Origin: Pseudogymnoascus verrucosus
Taxonomy: Eukaryota
Direction: 5' to 3' (one strand)
Assembly: GCA_001662655.1 (NCBI GenBank)
Contig: KV460214.1
DNA: 64,000 bases
The translations under genes and the position numbers were made by a program. Shown here piece by piece: positions 47,607-60,466 of this stretch (its first letter is position 1; each line of letters starts with the position of its first letter). Below the pieces are notes generated by a model. That model was not told the origin of the DNA. It did no database searches and saw only the letters and a program-made list of their open reading frames with translations.

Positions 47607-50142
47607 ATGGAGGACAGGAAGAGAGCAGCTGGCCAAAGCGTCGACGACCTTGCTCCGCCTACAAAGCGACAAGCCATGAATGGCGGCAGCAAGGTATCTG
47701 TCGACGCCGACATGCCATGGAAGGATGATCTGGAGGTGAGTTCGTCAATATTTCCTCTGCACACGATCCCTCTGTTACCTTGGTCCCCCACACGTGCCAA
47801 GTGTCACTGTGCGATAGAGGTCGCAAGACTAGATGATACACACATGTCGATGGCCTAGTCTAATGTCCCAGTTGTCACAAACTGTTGCCGACCTCACATA
47901 ACGATCCTCGTTCCATATCCCAGACCATACGACCATACCATTTCATACTACCTTCGTTCTATACACAGTTGGGTGCACATATGGGTTGCGTAGGACTTGT
48001 CTAACATGGATTACAGAGGTATCAGAAAGATGCAATTTTACGGCAGATGACCGAATACAAACGCGAAAAGGCACTACTCGAGTCGGAATTAAAGGATGTT
48101 CGCAAGCGCTCTGTTGATCACGATGACCACCTACGGGTTGTTGACGCTTGGTGGAGCCAACTGCTGGATGAAGTCACGCTTTTGACGAAGAACTCCGCGC
48201 CAAGCACTTTTAATGTAGATGGTACGTTGTTTGCGCCGGAATTCCAGGAAGATTATACTGACGCGTTTCCAGCGCCATTTCCTACCGCTACGAACTTTGA
48301 GAATAGCGTGGTGTTTTCGGATCACTTGGCCTCGAAGGCAAAGCAAATCAAAGAGATGGTTGCCAATATAATGGCTAACCTTGATACGTCCCCGGAAAAG
48401 CGAACCGACGAAGTCCAGGATCTACAGCAAAAGCTAAACAAGCTACTCGCTTCGCATAAGGACGAAATGGTCAAGTATGATCGGATGCGCGTGGAAAATG
48501 AGCAGGCGAAAGAACGACTGGAAAGCGCCTCACTCCGCGCCCTTAAGCTGGAAAGGAAACTGGAACGCTCCAAGAGCTCGACTGTCGCAAAGTTGGAGCA
48601 GCAAGCGATTGCAGGAACTGGCAACAGTGCTGGTAGCGGAATTGGCAGCGTCGAGAACGGATTCGATACTCGCGCCGAGGTTGCCAACGGCTCAAAAGAT
48701 AATGAGGCGAAGGTTGAAGCATCCGAAGTGGCTTTGAAGGAGGCCGTTGCTGTTTCTGATAAGCAAAAGCAACAGCTGGAGGAATTGTTTACCGAGAATA
48801 AATCGATAACAGAGCAGCTTACTGCCGCAAACGCCAGACTGGCCAATCTCACGGAGGACGACTACGCCCGGACCGAGCTGTTCAAGAACTTCAAAAGTCA
48901 GCATGAGGAAGTCATTAAGCGCATCAATCACCTGGAGGCTACCAATATCCAGTTGAGGGAAGAGGCAGAAAAGCTTCAAGCGGAACGAACGGCGTACAGG
49001 ACGCAACTTCAGAACGAAGCGGAAACGGTTAAGGAAGAACTCGAGAGCCAGCTGCAGCGCTTGGATTCCGATTTAGCCCGAGTACGATCTACCAGAGACG
49101 AGCTGTTGGCCGATCAGACGATGAGGAGAGCGAACCAGGACCAGGAGCGAACTGCTATTGGCCAGATGAAAGAACTCGTCAGTGCGAAAGAAGATCGCGT
49201 AACGACCTTAGAATCTGAAGTGCAAAGGCTGAGATCCGTGGTAGATGGTTCTTGCGAGGCCACTCCTAAGCCGGAAATCGAAGGCCTGGATCTCGCCGAG
49301 CTTCAACGGAAGTATGTTACCCTGGAACAGAGCTTTGCATCGGTCAACAATGAATTGCCAGCTATGGAGAAAGCATACAAGCGTGCAGTTGCGACAGCCT
49401 CGAAGAAGGTCATGGACTTTGCCGCCCTGGAAGAAAAGGTTTCCATTCTTATTGCCGAAAAATCGAAAGCCGACCAAAAGTATTTCGCAGCTCGCAAGGA
49501 TATGGACACCAGGATAGGCGAAGTCAGGGCCCTTAGAGCACAGAACTCGAAGAGCTCGGAAATTATCACGCAGCTGAAGGAAGTCGAATCTTCGAACAGA
49601 ACTATTGTCACCGGGCTAGAAAAACAACTGAGCGATGCCCGACAACTGTACAATTCCACTGTGTCAGATCATAAGAAGCTCCAGTTGACCAGCTCAGAGT
49701 CAGCTTCCAAGCTGGAGGGTTTGAGGGCACAGGTAGCAGAACTTACGAACATGTTGAGGTCCAAAGACACCGCTCTATCCACCACCAAGCAACGGGCTCA
49801 GTCTGTCGAGACAGAGCTCGAACAAGTCCGTTCTCGATTCGAACAATCCGAAAAAGAGAAGGAGACTTGGAAGGCAAAGAGCTTAAGCAATCAATCAGGC
49901 GAAGAAGAAATGTTGAGAGTAAGTTTATCAGTCACCGATTTATTGGACTTTGCTAACAGATCCTCCAGATGCTCGCATTATGTACTATTTGTCGCAATAA
50001 TTTCAAGAATACGGTCTTGAAGACGTGCGGCCATGTGTTCTGCAACCACTGTGTCGAAAACCGCCTGGCGAACCGGATGAGGAAATGCCCCAACTGCTCC
50101 AAGGCATTCGATAAGATGGACGTCATGACGGTTCACATGTGA
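47607..50142 (+). CDS. BRE1: H2B E3 ubiquitin ligase; exons 47607(or 47556)-47735, 48017-48221, 48273-49918, 49969-50142
   Basis: MEDRKR start, [10 protein letters not shown], long coiled coil, [14 protein letters not shown] and C-terminal RING CTIC...CGHVFC..C...RKCPNC. Confidence 0.95.
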
Positions 50143-50560
50143 TTGCACAGTTCACCCTACTGGCAGACGCCAAATTTCCATTTGATCTTTTGTATGTCCG
50201 TGGCAGAATCCGAGGGACCAGTCTTCTGAGGAAGGGCTTGTATGGTGGTCGGGGGTGCAGGCTTGTATGATGTGTTTCGGACGTTTCTGGGTGTTGTCAA
50301 TGGGCTTCCTGCAGCTGTTGTCAATTCGCCGCATAATTGTACATTAGTTTTTCCTCGGCACGATGGATAATGCGTGGCTTCCTATGCCGCCTGCGTAGGA
50401 TAGCCTCGCTGCTACGATGAGAGTAGCTTCCCTAAAGGTTGGGTATCAGACTGCTCGTCATAGAAGTAGATATACAATTAATACAGCTTCATTGCTGATA
50501 TCTTTTTAACTCTTGAGGTGAAATGTCTGCTCACTGTCTATATATATACTGATACACCAT

Positions 50561-51529
50561 CTATCTCCGGGTCGTCGATCCAAAGCCCGTACTCTCATGA
50601 CGAGCACCAGAACTAGACGAACCTCCAGAACTCGACCGACTAGGTCCCCCATAATTATAACCATTACCACCACCCCCCATCCACCCTCCACCCCCTCGAG
50701 GCTCCTGCTGCCTATCCCCTCCAAACCACCCCCTAGCCCCTCTGTTCTCTTGCTGCCTATTCCCTCTACTCCCAGCCATATACCCCGCCGCCGCTCCCCC
50801 CGCAGCACCGGTCCAGAACCCAGGCCTCCACCCCTCTTGTCCCGACGACGACTTCCCCGTTCCTGGGTAAGGTGGCGGGGGATCGGTCGGATAGTCTCCT
50901 CCCCCTCCTCCTCCTCCACCACCGCCGCCCCAGAACCCATCGCGTCTAGGCTCCCTCCTCGGTGCCGCCGGCTCCGTACCCCAATTCTTCCAAATCGAAT
51001 ACACAATCCACGCCGCGACGCCCAAGAAGATAGCCCAGAACACAACCTGCGCGGCTCCACTCACATCGCCATCCTGGCCAGAAAATACATTATGTCCCCC
51101 CCCCCCATAAACCTCCTCCCCCCTCTTCGTCAGCAACAACCGATACTCAACCCCACAACTCCCCTTCAACACCCTCGGATCCTCCGGCCCATCGTAACCC
51201 TCACATATGACATCCGTGCTCCCCAGCTTAAACTCCTCCGGCAAATCAGCCGTGCACGTCCACTGGATATTCTCATCGTCGTAATCGCTGCCCGCGTTCT
51301 TGCAGCGCATCACATCGACCTGGTGGTGTCTGCAGCCGTTTCCGCCCATGCATTTTAGCTGGGGGATGGCGGGGACGCGGCGGTGCGCGGTGGAGGCGGT
51401 GGAGCGGAGAGTGAGCGATTTGACTTGGCTGAGGAGGACGCTGGTGCCGGATTTGCGGGCTGCGGTGGCGGGGGGGGTGAGAGTGAGGAGGGCGAGCAGG
51501 AGGGGGGTGAGGTGGGGGAGGATGTGCAT
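50561..51529 (-). CDS. SARAF/TMEM66-family (DUF1183) membrane protein
   Basis: Signal peptide, RRVPAIPQLKC, VICEGYDGPEDPRVLKGSCGVEYRL, one TM helix, PPPPY, GFWTG and STGFGSTTRR terminus. Confidence 0.9.
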   Translation of the reverse strand: MHILPHLTPLLLALLTLTPPATAARKSGTSVLLSQVKSLTLRSTASTAHRRVPAIPQLKCMGGNGCRHHQVDVMRCKNAGSDYDDENIQWTCTADLPEEFKLGSTDVICEGYDGPEDPRVLKGSCGVEYRLLLTKRGEEVYGGGGHNVFSGQDGDVSGAAQVVFWAIFLGVAAWIVYSIWKNWGTEPAAPRREPRRDGFWGGGGGGGGGGGDYPTDPPPPYPGTGKSSSGQEGWRPGFWTGAAGGAAAGYMAGSRGNRQQENRGARGWFGGDRQQEPRGGGGWMGGGGNGYNYGGPSRSSSGGSSSSGARHESTGFGSTTRR

Positions 51530-52015
51530 TTTGGGGGGGTGAATGTGAGAGTGTGTGTAGTGGGAAGTTCAGCCTGCGACGGAGTTTTTGAGAAATAGTC
51601 ACGCAGACGAACTCCAATATTCGGAGTTTGAAGTTCGTTCGTGATTACTGATGTTGATATAGAGGAGATATGAGAGTTCAAAGGAGAGGACAGATTTCAG
51701 ATACTTGGTTGGATGGGCGGTTGTTGGCCTACGTACTCTACGTACTTTTGTTTGCCTCTTTGCCTCTCTCGGTGACGAGTATTGGTCGAATGAAGTGGCG
51801 TGGTTTCTGATTGGTCGAAGCTAGTAAGGCTACCTACCTCAGCCTCTTCGGTTCAGAACAGCTCAGAGCTCGCAGCCTTGCGATCTTCAACCAACCTCAC
51901 TCGGGACAGCAAGGTGTCGGAAATTCCAACAATTACTGGAGCGAGTTTTTCCCAGTCGCGAGGTACGAACAACGAAATCGGGAGCGACGGTGCGATATAA
52001 AGCGAATTATACAGG

Positions 52016-53655
52016 ATGCGGCAGAGAATCACTTTCGTTCACGAGCCGCAGGATGGGATTGATCCAAAGTCAATCGGCATCCACACCAATACCTTGTCGG
52101 TCTCAGGCCTCAAAGCTGCAAGGGAAGATCATATAACTCTCTCTCTCGATGAGCTTCCGCAGGAGTTGCGAGTAGCGCTTAGCCAAACGAAAGAGCTGCA
52201 TATTCGATATGTAACGGCGGCGTCATACGAGTCGATACCCCCCTTCAATTCGAAACTGTCGCCGGGATTGCATGTTTATTATACCCCCAAGACCGAGGTT
52301 GGGAAGGAGGGCCAGGAGTATGTTGTCGGAAGGGATTCTATACCATATCCACGTAGCTGATAGTCTGCAAGATTTAGTGATTTATTATGTGGCCTCATAG
52401 ACACACTCTTCGACTTAAAAGACAAATCGCTCTGCCAGACCCCCGAAGTAGCCAAACCCCCCCCCCCTCCCCTTCCCCCTCCCCATCCACTCCCCGAAAT
52501 CCAATTGCTAAGAATCCGTTCCAGATATCATTCACCTCCCTCCCATCCAAAAGCCCCAAACACAAAAGCAGCTATGAATTCTACCTCCGCTCCTCCGCCC
52601 TCGGCGGCACATCCGCCCTACAATCCTACTTCAAGCGCATCTGCTCCAGCACAAGCTGCCTCACCCGCATCTCCGAAGGCGCCACAGCCGCCTCCATCGA
52701 CCTCGACTACATCTCCACCACCGGCCTCGCGAGCCTCACCACCTCCTGGTCTCCCCGAACCTGGCCGTCCTTCGCGATATCAAAGATATCCCACACCGAC
52801 CGCGTCGAGCTCGGAATCCTCTCGAACGAAAAGCCCATAAGGCTGGATGATCTGAATATGTCTGGATTCCTCACCGTGTTGGGGGAATCGGAGAAGCCCG
52901 CGCCGACAATGTTTCAGTTCCCCAGCCGTCACCATAGGCATCCTGCGAAATTCAGCTCTTCGTTCATTGAACCGACGGGCCTGCATCCTACTTTACAACT
53001 CACCATTAGGGACAGCCAGCCACCGAAAAACAGGGAGGGGTGTAGCTTGAACGCACATTTAATGCTCCCGAGGAGTGTGTTCCCGGATAAATACCAGTTC
53101 CGCGATGCCCTCTTCATGGCGTCGAAGAATCTGACTGCACTACGCCATGTTACGGTCCCGGTCGATTTGGAGGCGCCCGAATACACGATGGCGCTATGGG
53201 GTTCCTCGCTCCTCGTCGAGCTTGCCCCTCCACCTCCTAGCGAGGAGTCTTGGACTGCGGAAATCCCCTTGCATCTCCGCTACCTCCTACCGAGCGAGTC
53301 GGGGTATAGTTCCACCTCTCTCCCCTCCCCCGTGCTCTTCTGGGCGTGTGAAGCGGACGAGGAGAGTAAATTGGAAGGGAGCCCGTTTGATAGGGTTAAC
53401 CTGGGGTATGATGGATTGTTTGGGGATAAAACGCTGTTTTATCACCTTGGGAGGGAGAGGGGGGAGGAGGGGTATAAGGAGGTTAGTGTGCCGGTGCTGA
53501 GTACCAGGTTTAATGGGGAGATGGAGGTGGGGACCGCGCTGGTGGTGGCGTTGGGGTTTGGGTGGGTGTTGTGGAAGTTGTGGGGGGTGGGGAGGGGGGT
53601 TGGGTATGGGAGTGGGAGGGGTGGAGGGGGGAAGGTGGAGGGGAAGGAGGAGTGA
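52016..53655 (+). CDS. PBN1: GPI-mannosyltransferase I subunit PIG-X/Pbn1; approximate exons 52016-52317, 52372/52378-52447, 52525-53655
   Basis: MRQRITFVH start, PTGLHPTL, LPRSVFPDKYQ, DLEAPEY, WGS, IPLHLRYL and a C-terminal TM helix. Middle exon boundaries are less certain. Confidence 0.88.
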
Positions 53656-53786
53656 GGATAATTTTTAATTGGGTTGTAGAATGTAGTATATATGTTGTTA
53701 TACTGTGATGCATCGTGGTCTTGTTTTATAGTGAATTGTCCACCCAATAATCACTCTTGAGACTCTGTTTTCAAGATTGGATATCT

Positions 53787-54258
53787 AATCGTAGAATCCT
53801 CCGAGCTTTTGAGTCCTACATATGGAAAGAACGATTTCTAAGCAAACTCAGTCGCAGCCTCCTCAGAGCGTTCAAGTCTGATATATGGCAAGAACGATTT
53901 CAAAGCAAGCTCAATCGCAGTTTCCTCAGAACCGTCGATCCCGACATGCGGAAGGAACGATTTCTAAGCAGACTGAGTTGCAGCTTCCTCGCAGTTTTCA
54001 AGTCCGATATATGGCAAGAACGATTACCAAGCAAGTTGAGTCGCAGCTTCCTCAGAGGTTTGCGGCGATATATATATGGATATATATATGGAAGGAACGA
54101 TTACTAAGCAAACCCTCAGTCGTAACTGCCTTGAGAGGCTCACAGTGTCATATATGGAAGGAACGATTTCAAAGCAAGCTCAATCGCAGCTTCCTTGGGG
54201 ACTTCGAGCACCTATATATGGCAAGAACGACAAGCAAGGTCCCAGTCGCAGCTTCCTC
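53787..54258. repeat. Seven-copy tandem array, about 63-bp period, each unit containing the dyad GG(A/C)A(G/A)-GAA-CGA-N17-TCG-CAG-CTTCC
   Basis: GAACGA at 53829, 53892, 53955, 54018, 54095, 54161 and 54225. Confidence 0.9.
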
Positions 54259-54439
54259 GAGGCTTTCAGGGTCGTGATATGCGAAGTCGGTTCGGTTCGG
54301 CTTTGAAAATTTGATCATAGTTTGTGAGGCCCATACGGTGCTTTTGACACAGGTATACGTGACATTTAAGAGCTATATCGGCCATTTATGACCTGGTAAA
54401 TACTCATGAAGGGGTTCTACTATATACACTTCTTCCATA

Positions 54440-55480
54440 GCCGCAGGATCCGAATGATTGTTTCATGTGATTGTGCATACTCGTGACGGTTAATGCGTTC
54501 AATGCACCGGGATTCCAGCCCATACAGCCGGTATATGTTGTTTGAAACAGATCCTGCATACAGTGTGTATGGCTACTCTGAATTTATACAAATAGGCAGG
54601 CCAGACAACAGAATGATTGTTTCGTGTGATTCTACAGAGTCGTGATGGTGTGTGTATTCAACTGCACACACGACAAGCACCAGCCTTGTATCCAGTTCGG
54701 TTCTAAACCCATTTTCCGTACACTCCTACAGTATATAGATCGACTATAAATCCATATGGATATTATGCACGCCATACTACAGACTGCTGTCTCATGTGAT
54801 TGTGCACACAGTGGTGACAGTCAAAGTATTCAAATACATCACCACGGGTACTCAGGCCCATCTATACAGTATATGCTATCTTCAAACCCATCTTGACTAT
54901 TGTCCTACAGTATACACATAAATCTCAAACCCATACGGACATAATGGCCATAGCACAGGATGTTGGTTCATGTGATTTGTGCACATAATCGTGAAAGCCA
55001 GTGTATTCAAATGCATCACCACCACTACTCGGCCTCTTCCACACAGGATATCCTATCTCCATACCCATTTTGCCTACCGTTACAGTATATACAGAACATC
55101 AACTTGGCAGTCATCATACAGATAGGCAGGCCATACAGTAGACTGATTGTCTCATGTGATTGTGCACCCAGTCGTGACGCTCAATGTATTCAAATACACC
55201 ACGACCACAACTCCAGCCCTTCCATACCGTAAATGCTATCTCCAAACCCATTGCCTACAGTCCTACAATATATAGATCAACTTCAAACCCATACACACAC
55301 ATGCATGCAATCCCACAGAATGCTGTTCCACGTGATTGTGCAAACGGTCGTGACATCGGTGTACTCAAATTCAAATGCACACGACTCAGCCTTCTCTGTG
55401 CCCAGCTCCCAGACCAGATTTTTCCCTACAGTATTACCTACAGTATACACATCAATTGCAAAGTCATACAGACATGCAGA
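54440..55480. repeat. Six-copy degenerate tandem array, period about 160-185 bp
   Basis: Anchor CATGTGATT(GTGCA) or variant at 54464, 54623, 54793, 54969, 55153 and 55329. Most anchors are followed by TCGTGA, GTATTCAAAT, AAACCCAT and CTACAGTATA blocks. Confidence 0.85.
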
Positions 55481-57034
55481 CATTTTCATTTTCATCCCAC
55501 TGGCCAATTGACATCCATGGCGGTGTGTGCTGGCACTTACCACTCCCTGAAAAACGCCTCTTACAACTTGTCACATCATCAACGCGTCTTCACTCGCGGG
55601 AGAATGAATAATCACTCAACCAGCCAGCAGTCCAGCTACAACTCTTACAAACACAGTAACAGTACACTACACTACAATATACAACAGTCACAATACAATA
55701 CAATACAATTCAAATTCTCTCTCTTTCCTACAAACAATGAATACATTATCCCTCCCTCCTCCACCCGATAACCTGGGCTGAGCCTGATCTTTCTGGTAAT
55801 CTGTAACGATTCATTGGCCGCTAGCCACCACCACCACCACCTCGCTGGCTGGCTGCTTTAACGGGACGGCGGAACGGGTATTGATTTTCCATTTTCCCAG
55901 AAAGTACGAGAACAAGAGAACCAGCGGTGCAGTCAACCAACCCCCATGATTAAGTACGGTAACCGCGCGTCAGGGAGAGTTGGGATTATTTATTTGATTG
56001 TTGTGTTGTAATGTAGTGTATTGTAATGTATTGTGTATTGACGATGCTATTGAGATGCTATTGCTACTATTGTCGTTCGTATTGTTGTTTCCAAATCACT
56101 TCGGTACTGTACTGTACTCGTAAGCATCTGAGAGCGTTCCCGCGCTCTTTTCGTTCTTTCTGTCTCCCTCTTTCTTCTTTCTCCTTAGAAACAGGGGTCT
56201 TCGCATGTGGCGTTAAGGCCTCTGCCAAGATTAGAATAGCCCAAATAGCCCATAACCCATAAAAGAAGTACTTATGCTCATGCCCCCATATGCCCCATAA
56301 CAGATACATTTACCGCTCACGGAACAAGACACAGTTGCCGTCGGTTTATCGTTTTAAATTGCTTCAAACTGTACTGAACTGCTTAATGAATTAATTATTA
56401 TCATTCTCCTATCTTCTCTCATCAATTATCCCACTGTAGATATAGAAAATAAATCAAATAAACCCAGTATTATCCCCCCAGAACTTCCATTTTCCCCCCG
56501 GCCCATGCCAGTTGTCGATGTTCCATAATTCAATTTAGGAGGGCGGACTCCATCCAACCAATCAAACCCCGCAAATAAACCCAAAAATCTCGCTAAATGG
56601 GAAACCTTGGGATTGAGGACCAGCTTTCTTTCAATTGTCTCAATAGCCACTTTTCACACGTATTCATGGTCACGTTCTAACAATCAACAACCCTTCTTCC
56701 TTATAATCATCAAGCTGTTGCCGATGATTGCTACGAGAAGCCCCATTGTCGGCTTCTATTGTCTCGTCAACGGCGTTCATTGACGAGTCGTCAAATCTTT
56801 AATGACCTCTTACTGTACACCCCTTCAAGCGTGCTTCCATCAAACGCCTCCCTTCCATCATCATCCACCATTACCCACCAACAACAATCCATCCGTCCTT
56901 CTTAATATCAACTCTAACCTGGCATCTCCATCACTGGCCGCCATTTCACTCATCCCCCCCGTGACTCTCACCTTTGAGGGTCACATCCAACCCCCAGTGC
57001 GAAATCATCACATTTCCTTGGACCCGCTCGCAAA

Positions 57035-60000
57035 ATGTCCAGAAATGGCGATGAAGGCGGCTCTCGTGCAGGTCACGGGCCAAACACCTCGACCTCATCA
57101 CGTCCACGTCTGATCGTCAAACTCCCCGTCCCCAGTCTCCGCACCATGAGCATCTTCTCTCATCCTCCCACTAATTCCCACGCCGCCGCCGCCACCGCGT
57201 CCTCGGCCCTCCCGGCGCACCCCCCAGCAAACGCTCCCAAGCGCCGCGGCCGCCCGCCCAAAAACCTCCACAGGCCGGATTACGCGCCGCCGCCACCAAA
57301 ACCAAAGGTATCTGACCTCCCCAAACCCCTCGCCACGCGCTCGAGCAAGCGCAAGGCTGCTGAGATGAGTGGGGAGCCGGGGGCCGGCGCTGGGGGTGGT
57401 TCGGTTACGGGTGATGGGGATGAGGAGGATTTTGACGGCAACCACCAGCCACCGCGCAAGAAGTCACGTTCGGTGTCGCAGGCTCCAGCGGTGAGGATCT
57501 CGACTAGGAATCGGGGACGGAGACAGTCGAATTCCGAGGGTGCTAATCTGGAGGGGGCGGAGGAAATTGCTAATGGTCACGTTACGCCGGCGGCGTCGCT
57601 GCACAAGGAGTCGTCGCAGTCGGAACGGGAAATTCAGGTTGCGAGGACTTCATCACGTGCTAGGAAGCAGGAGAACTTGACGTCGAGCAATGAGCTTATG
57701 GCTTCTATTGAGCCTCATGAGCGCCTGGAGAGAGATGGAGGTGCGATGGGTGTTACTACGAGAGCTGGTGCTAGAACCAGGTCTACTTCAATCAAAGCTC
57801 ATGCAGCTACCCAGGATGACGACACCATTCTATCTGTTGTCGCCACAGAAGAAGTATTGGATGCTGTTAACGGTGAAGCTGATGGCATTCAATCCGACGC
57901 CGGCACTCCTCTGAAACCAAGAGGCCGGGGTCGCTGGCCAAACGGCGCTATCAAAGCCAAGGCAATGGTAGCAGCGCTTTCCAAGAAAGCTGCATCAAAG
58001 AAAAAGGGTGCACCGGGAAAGAGAAAAACTTCTGATGATGCAGTCGTGCAAGCGGTTTACGACAGGCAAGCACATCTCAGGTCGTCATATAAAGACCTCC
58101 GCAAGATCATCATAAGAGCCGAGCAGGCGCTGCTTGATCGCGCACTAGAGGAATTAGAGGAAGATCCGGACCGCCACAAGAAGACGCCGTATTATGATAA
58201 TGTAATGAAGGGCCTCGATGCGCGTCATACCAAGGTGTTGGCGCAGAATGAGCGGAAGGACATGTTGAAGAGGGATTTGTTGGAGAGGAGGTTTGAGGCC
58301 AATGTGGCTAGCACGTGGCAGCAGCATAATGTAAGTTTTTGGAGTAAGTTACGCGTGGTCAGATCACTAATTATGTACAGCTGGAGGTCAAGGAATTGCA
58401 GGAGAAGTATGAGATGATCTGCAAGCGCGCTATTATGGATATCTTGAAGCGGGCAACTCGTGATGACGACGATGCTGCAACTGTTTCCGAGGTATGCTTT
58501 CTCTACTTCATTGGTTTTATGTCGTTATTAACTAAACTAGATTGAGACTCTGGATCCCGCCCACGTATCAGCTGTGTTGGAGGGCGCGGAAGAAAATGAA
58601 ACTGAAGAGGTACCCACGCCAGTGGAACTTGAGATCAAGAAACCTGTACCGAGAGGAAGAAAGAGCGCCAAAAGGCGCATTGCAGACGACGAGCCGCTTG
58701 GAAGACGGGTTGCAAAGCGTCACGCGCCTGCTATGCTTTCTGCCACCACCCAGGGCGGAGAAGATTCAGAAGCAGAAGTAGCTCCTGAGGCTCCCCCGAT
58801 TATCACAACACCGAGCCGCCAAAGAAATAAGTACCAGTTTGACGAGTATGGCGTGTGCGTCCCTACTGAGTCAAAGAAGGGCGCTCAGAAGGAAGAGCCG
58901 AATAACAGGGCTGTTGTTAAGCCGTGGATCACATTTACGAATGATGAAATTGGCCTCCGAAACTACCCTGAGGAGATCAAGGAGACTAACAGAGGCCCAA
59001 TACCCAGTGGTTATATCCACCTTGATCAGTTCAGAGGCATTTATGATATTTCCGGTAGGGCCGAAGACTACGATGAGGAACTTATCAGCAGACACCTCCT
59101 CCATCCGAGGATGGGTCTTCCTGTTCCTGGCTCCATTAACCCCGACAATGCCGTGCCCCCCACGGACTGGACAAAGGTCCTGAAAAACACACCTGCGCCC
59201 ATTTACATTCGCGATGAGGAGTACCCCGAGGGACAGTCCACATCCAAGTCTTGGAATATGATCATGACTGAGCGGGAGTGGAAGGAGCTTGAGAGGCGTA
59301 TGGATGCTGGGATGAGCTTGAGAGTCGGCTTGGGCAGGACCGGATTGGCGACGTTCGATGCGATTGCAAGGGATAAGGATCTTCAGAGTGATATGATTGA
59401 GGACATCCTGGCCGCGTCACAGATTATCGAGAAGGAGCTCAAGGAGAAATTACAGCGCTCAGTGACTCCACAGAAGAAAGATGCTACTCCGGCAGTCGAG
59501 GAAGCTGCTCCTATCGAGCGACCACCAACTCCAGACACGGCAAAGCTTCTCCTCCTCGCCGACGCCATCGAGATGTCCATCCTGGAACCAAAAGTACAAT
59601 CCCCCCCACCACCTCCACCACCTCACCCCATCCACCGCGCCAGCTTCACACAAGCACCACCCGTGCAACAAGCACCTCCCACCCCAAGAAGCCAGGCCCA
59701 AATGCTCAGCATAGCATTCATCAACAACCCCAGCCCGAGCCACAACGCCCTCCCCCCGCTCGCACCACAAGTGCCACCGCCACAACAACAACAGCATCAG
59801 CCGCAACAACAACAACAACAGCAGCGCCCCTACCCCGGCCCCGTCATGATGGCCGGCCCCCCACCCCACCAACAACCACCACCACCCCCCCCTCCCCAGC
59901 GAACAATGCAAATGCAATACCCCCCCATCCAACCCCACCCCCCAACCTCTTTCTACGGCCCCTCCAACAGCCCCTCCCTCCGCACCTCACGCTCTTCTTC

Positions 60001-60466
60001 CGGGCTCCGAAACATCCTCCCGCGCGCGATCCCGAATGAAGTCCCCCGCCAACACCATCGGTACCAGCAGCCTCCTCCTCCTCCTCCTCCGCCGCCACAA
60101 CAGCAGGCGCCACAGCAGCAGCAGCACCATATGCCGCATGAGCATCAGAGGTTTTACGAGGGGCCGGTGCAGTTACCGCCGTATTTGGGGGGGGAGCAGC
60201 AGCAGCAGCAGTATGGAGGGGGGGGGTATAGACAGGTTGCGCCGAGGCAGCCGTATAGTCCGTATCCGCCGCCGCAGCAGCATCCGCAGCATCAGGGGCA
60301 TCAGATGCATCATCAGCATGGTCAGCCGCAGCATGGCCAGTCGCAGCATAGTCCGTTGCAGCACCAGGGTCAGCCGCAGCATAGTCCGTTGCAGCATCAT
60401 CAGAGTCCGCATACGCATCATGGGAGTCCGCATCATCCGCCGACGCATCCGAGTCCGCGTCGTTAA
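57035..60466 (+). CDS. Large nuclear protein with AT-hook, coiled-coil (Sds3-like?) region and P/Q/H-rich tail; exons 57035-58330, 58381-58491, 58541-60466
   Basis: KRRGRPPK, a helical block VQAVYDRQ...LEVKELQEKY and two canonical introns that join the 460- and 630-aa ORFs in frame. Confidence 0.8.

Noticed and set aside
53757..54277. 21-aa repeat protein (IWKERFLSKLSRS...) from the 63-bp array
   Set aside because: The 116-aa ORF starts at TTG, and later units shift frame (periods 77, 66, 64). More than one frame is open, as expected for a stop-poor repeat.
55750..56300. Telomerase RNA or spliceosomal snRNA
   Set aside because: I found no TAACCCTAA template or recognisable U1/U2/U5/U6 signature.
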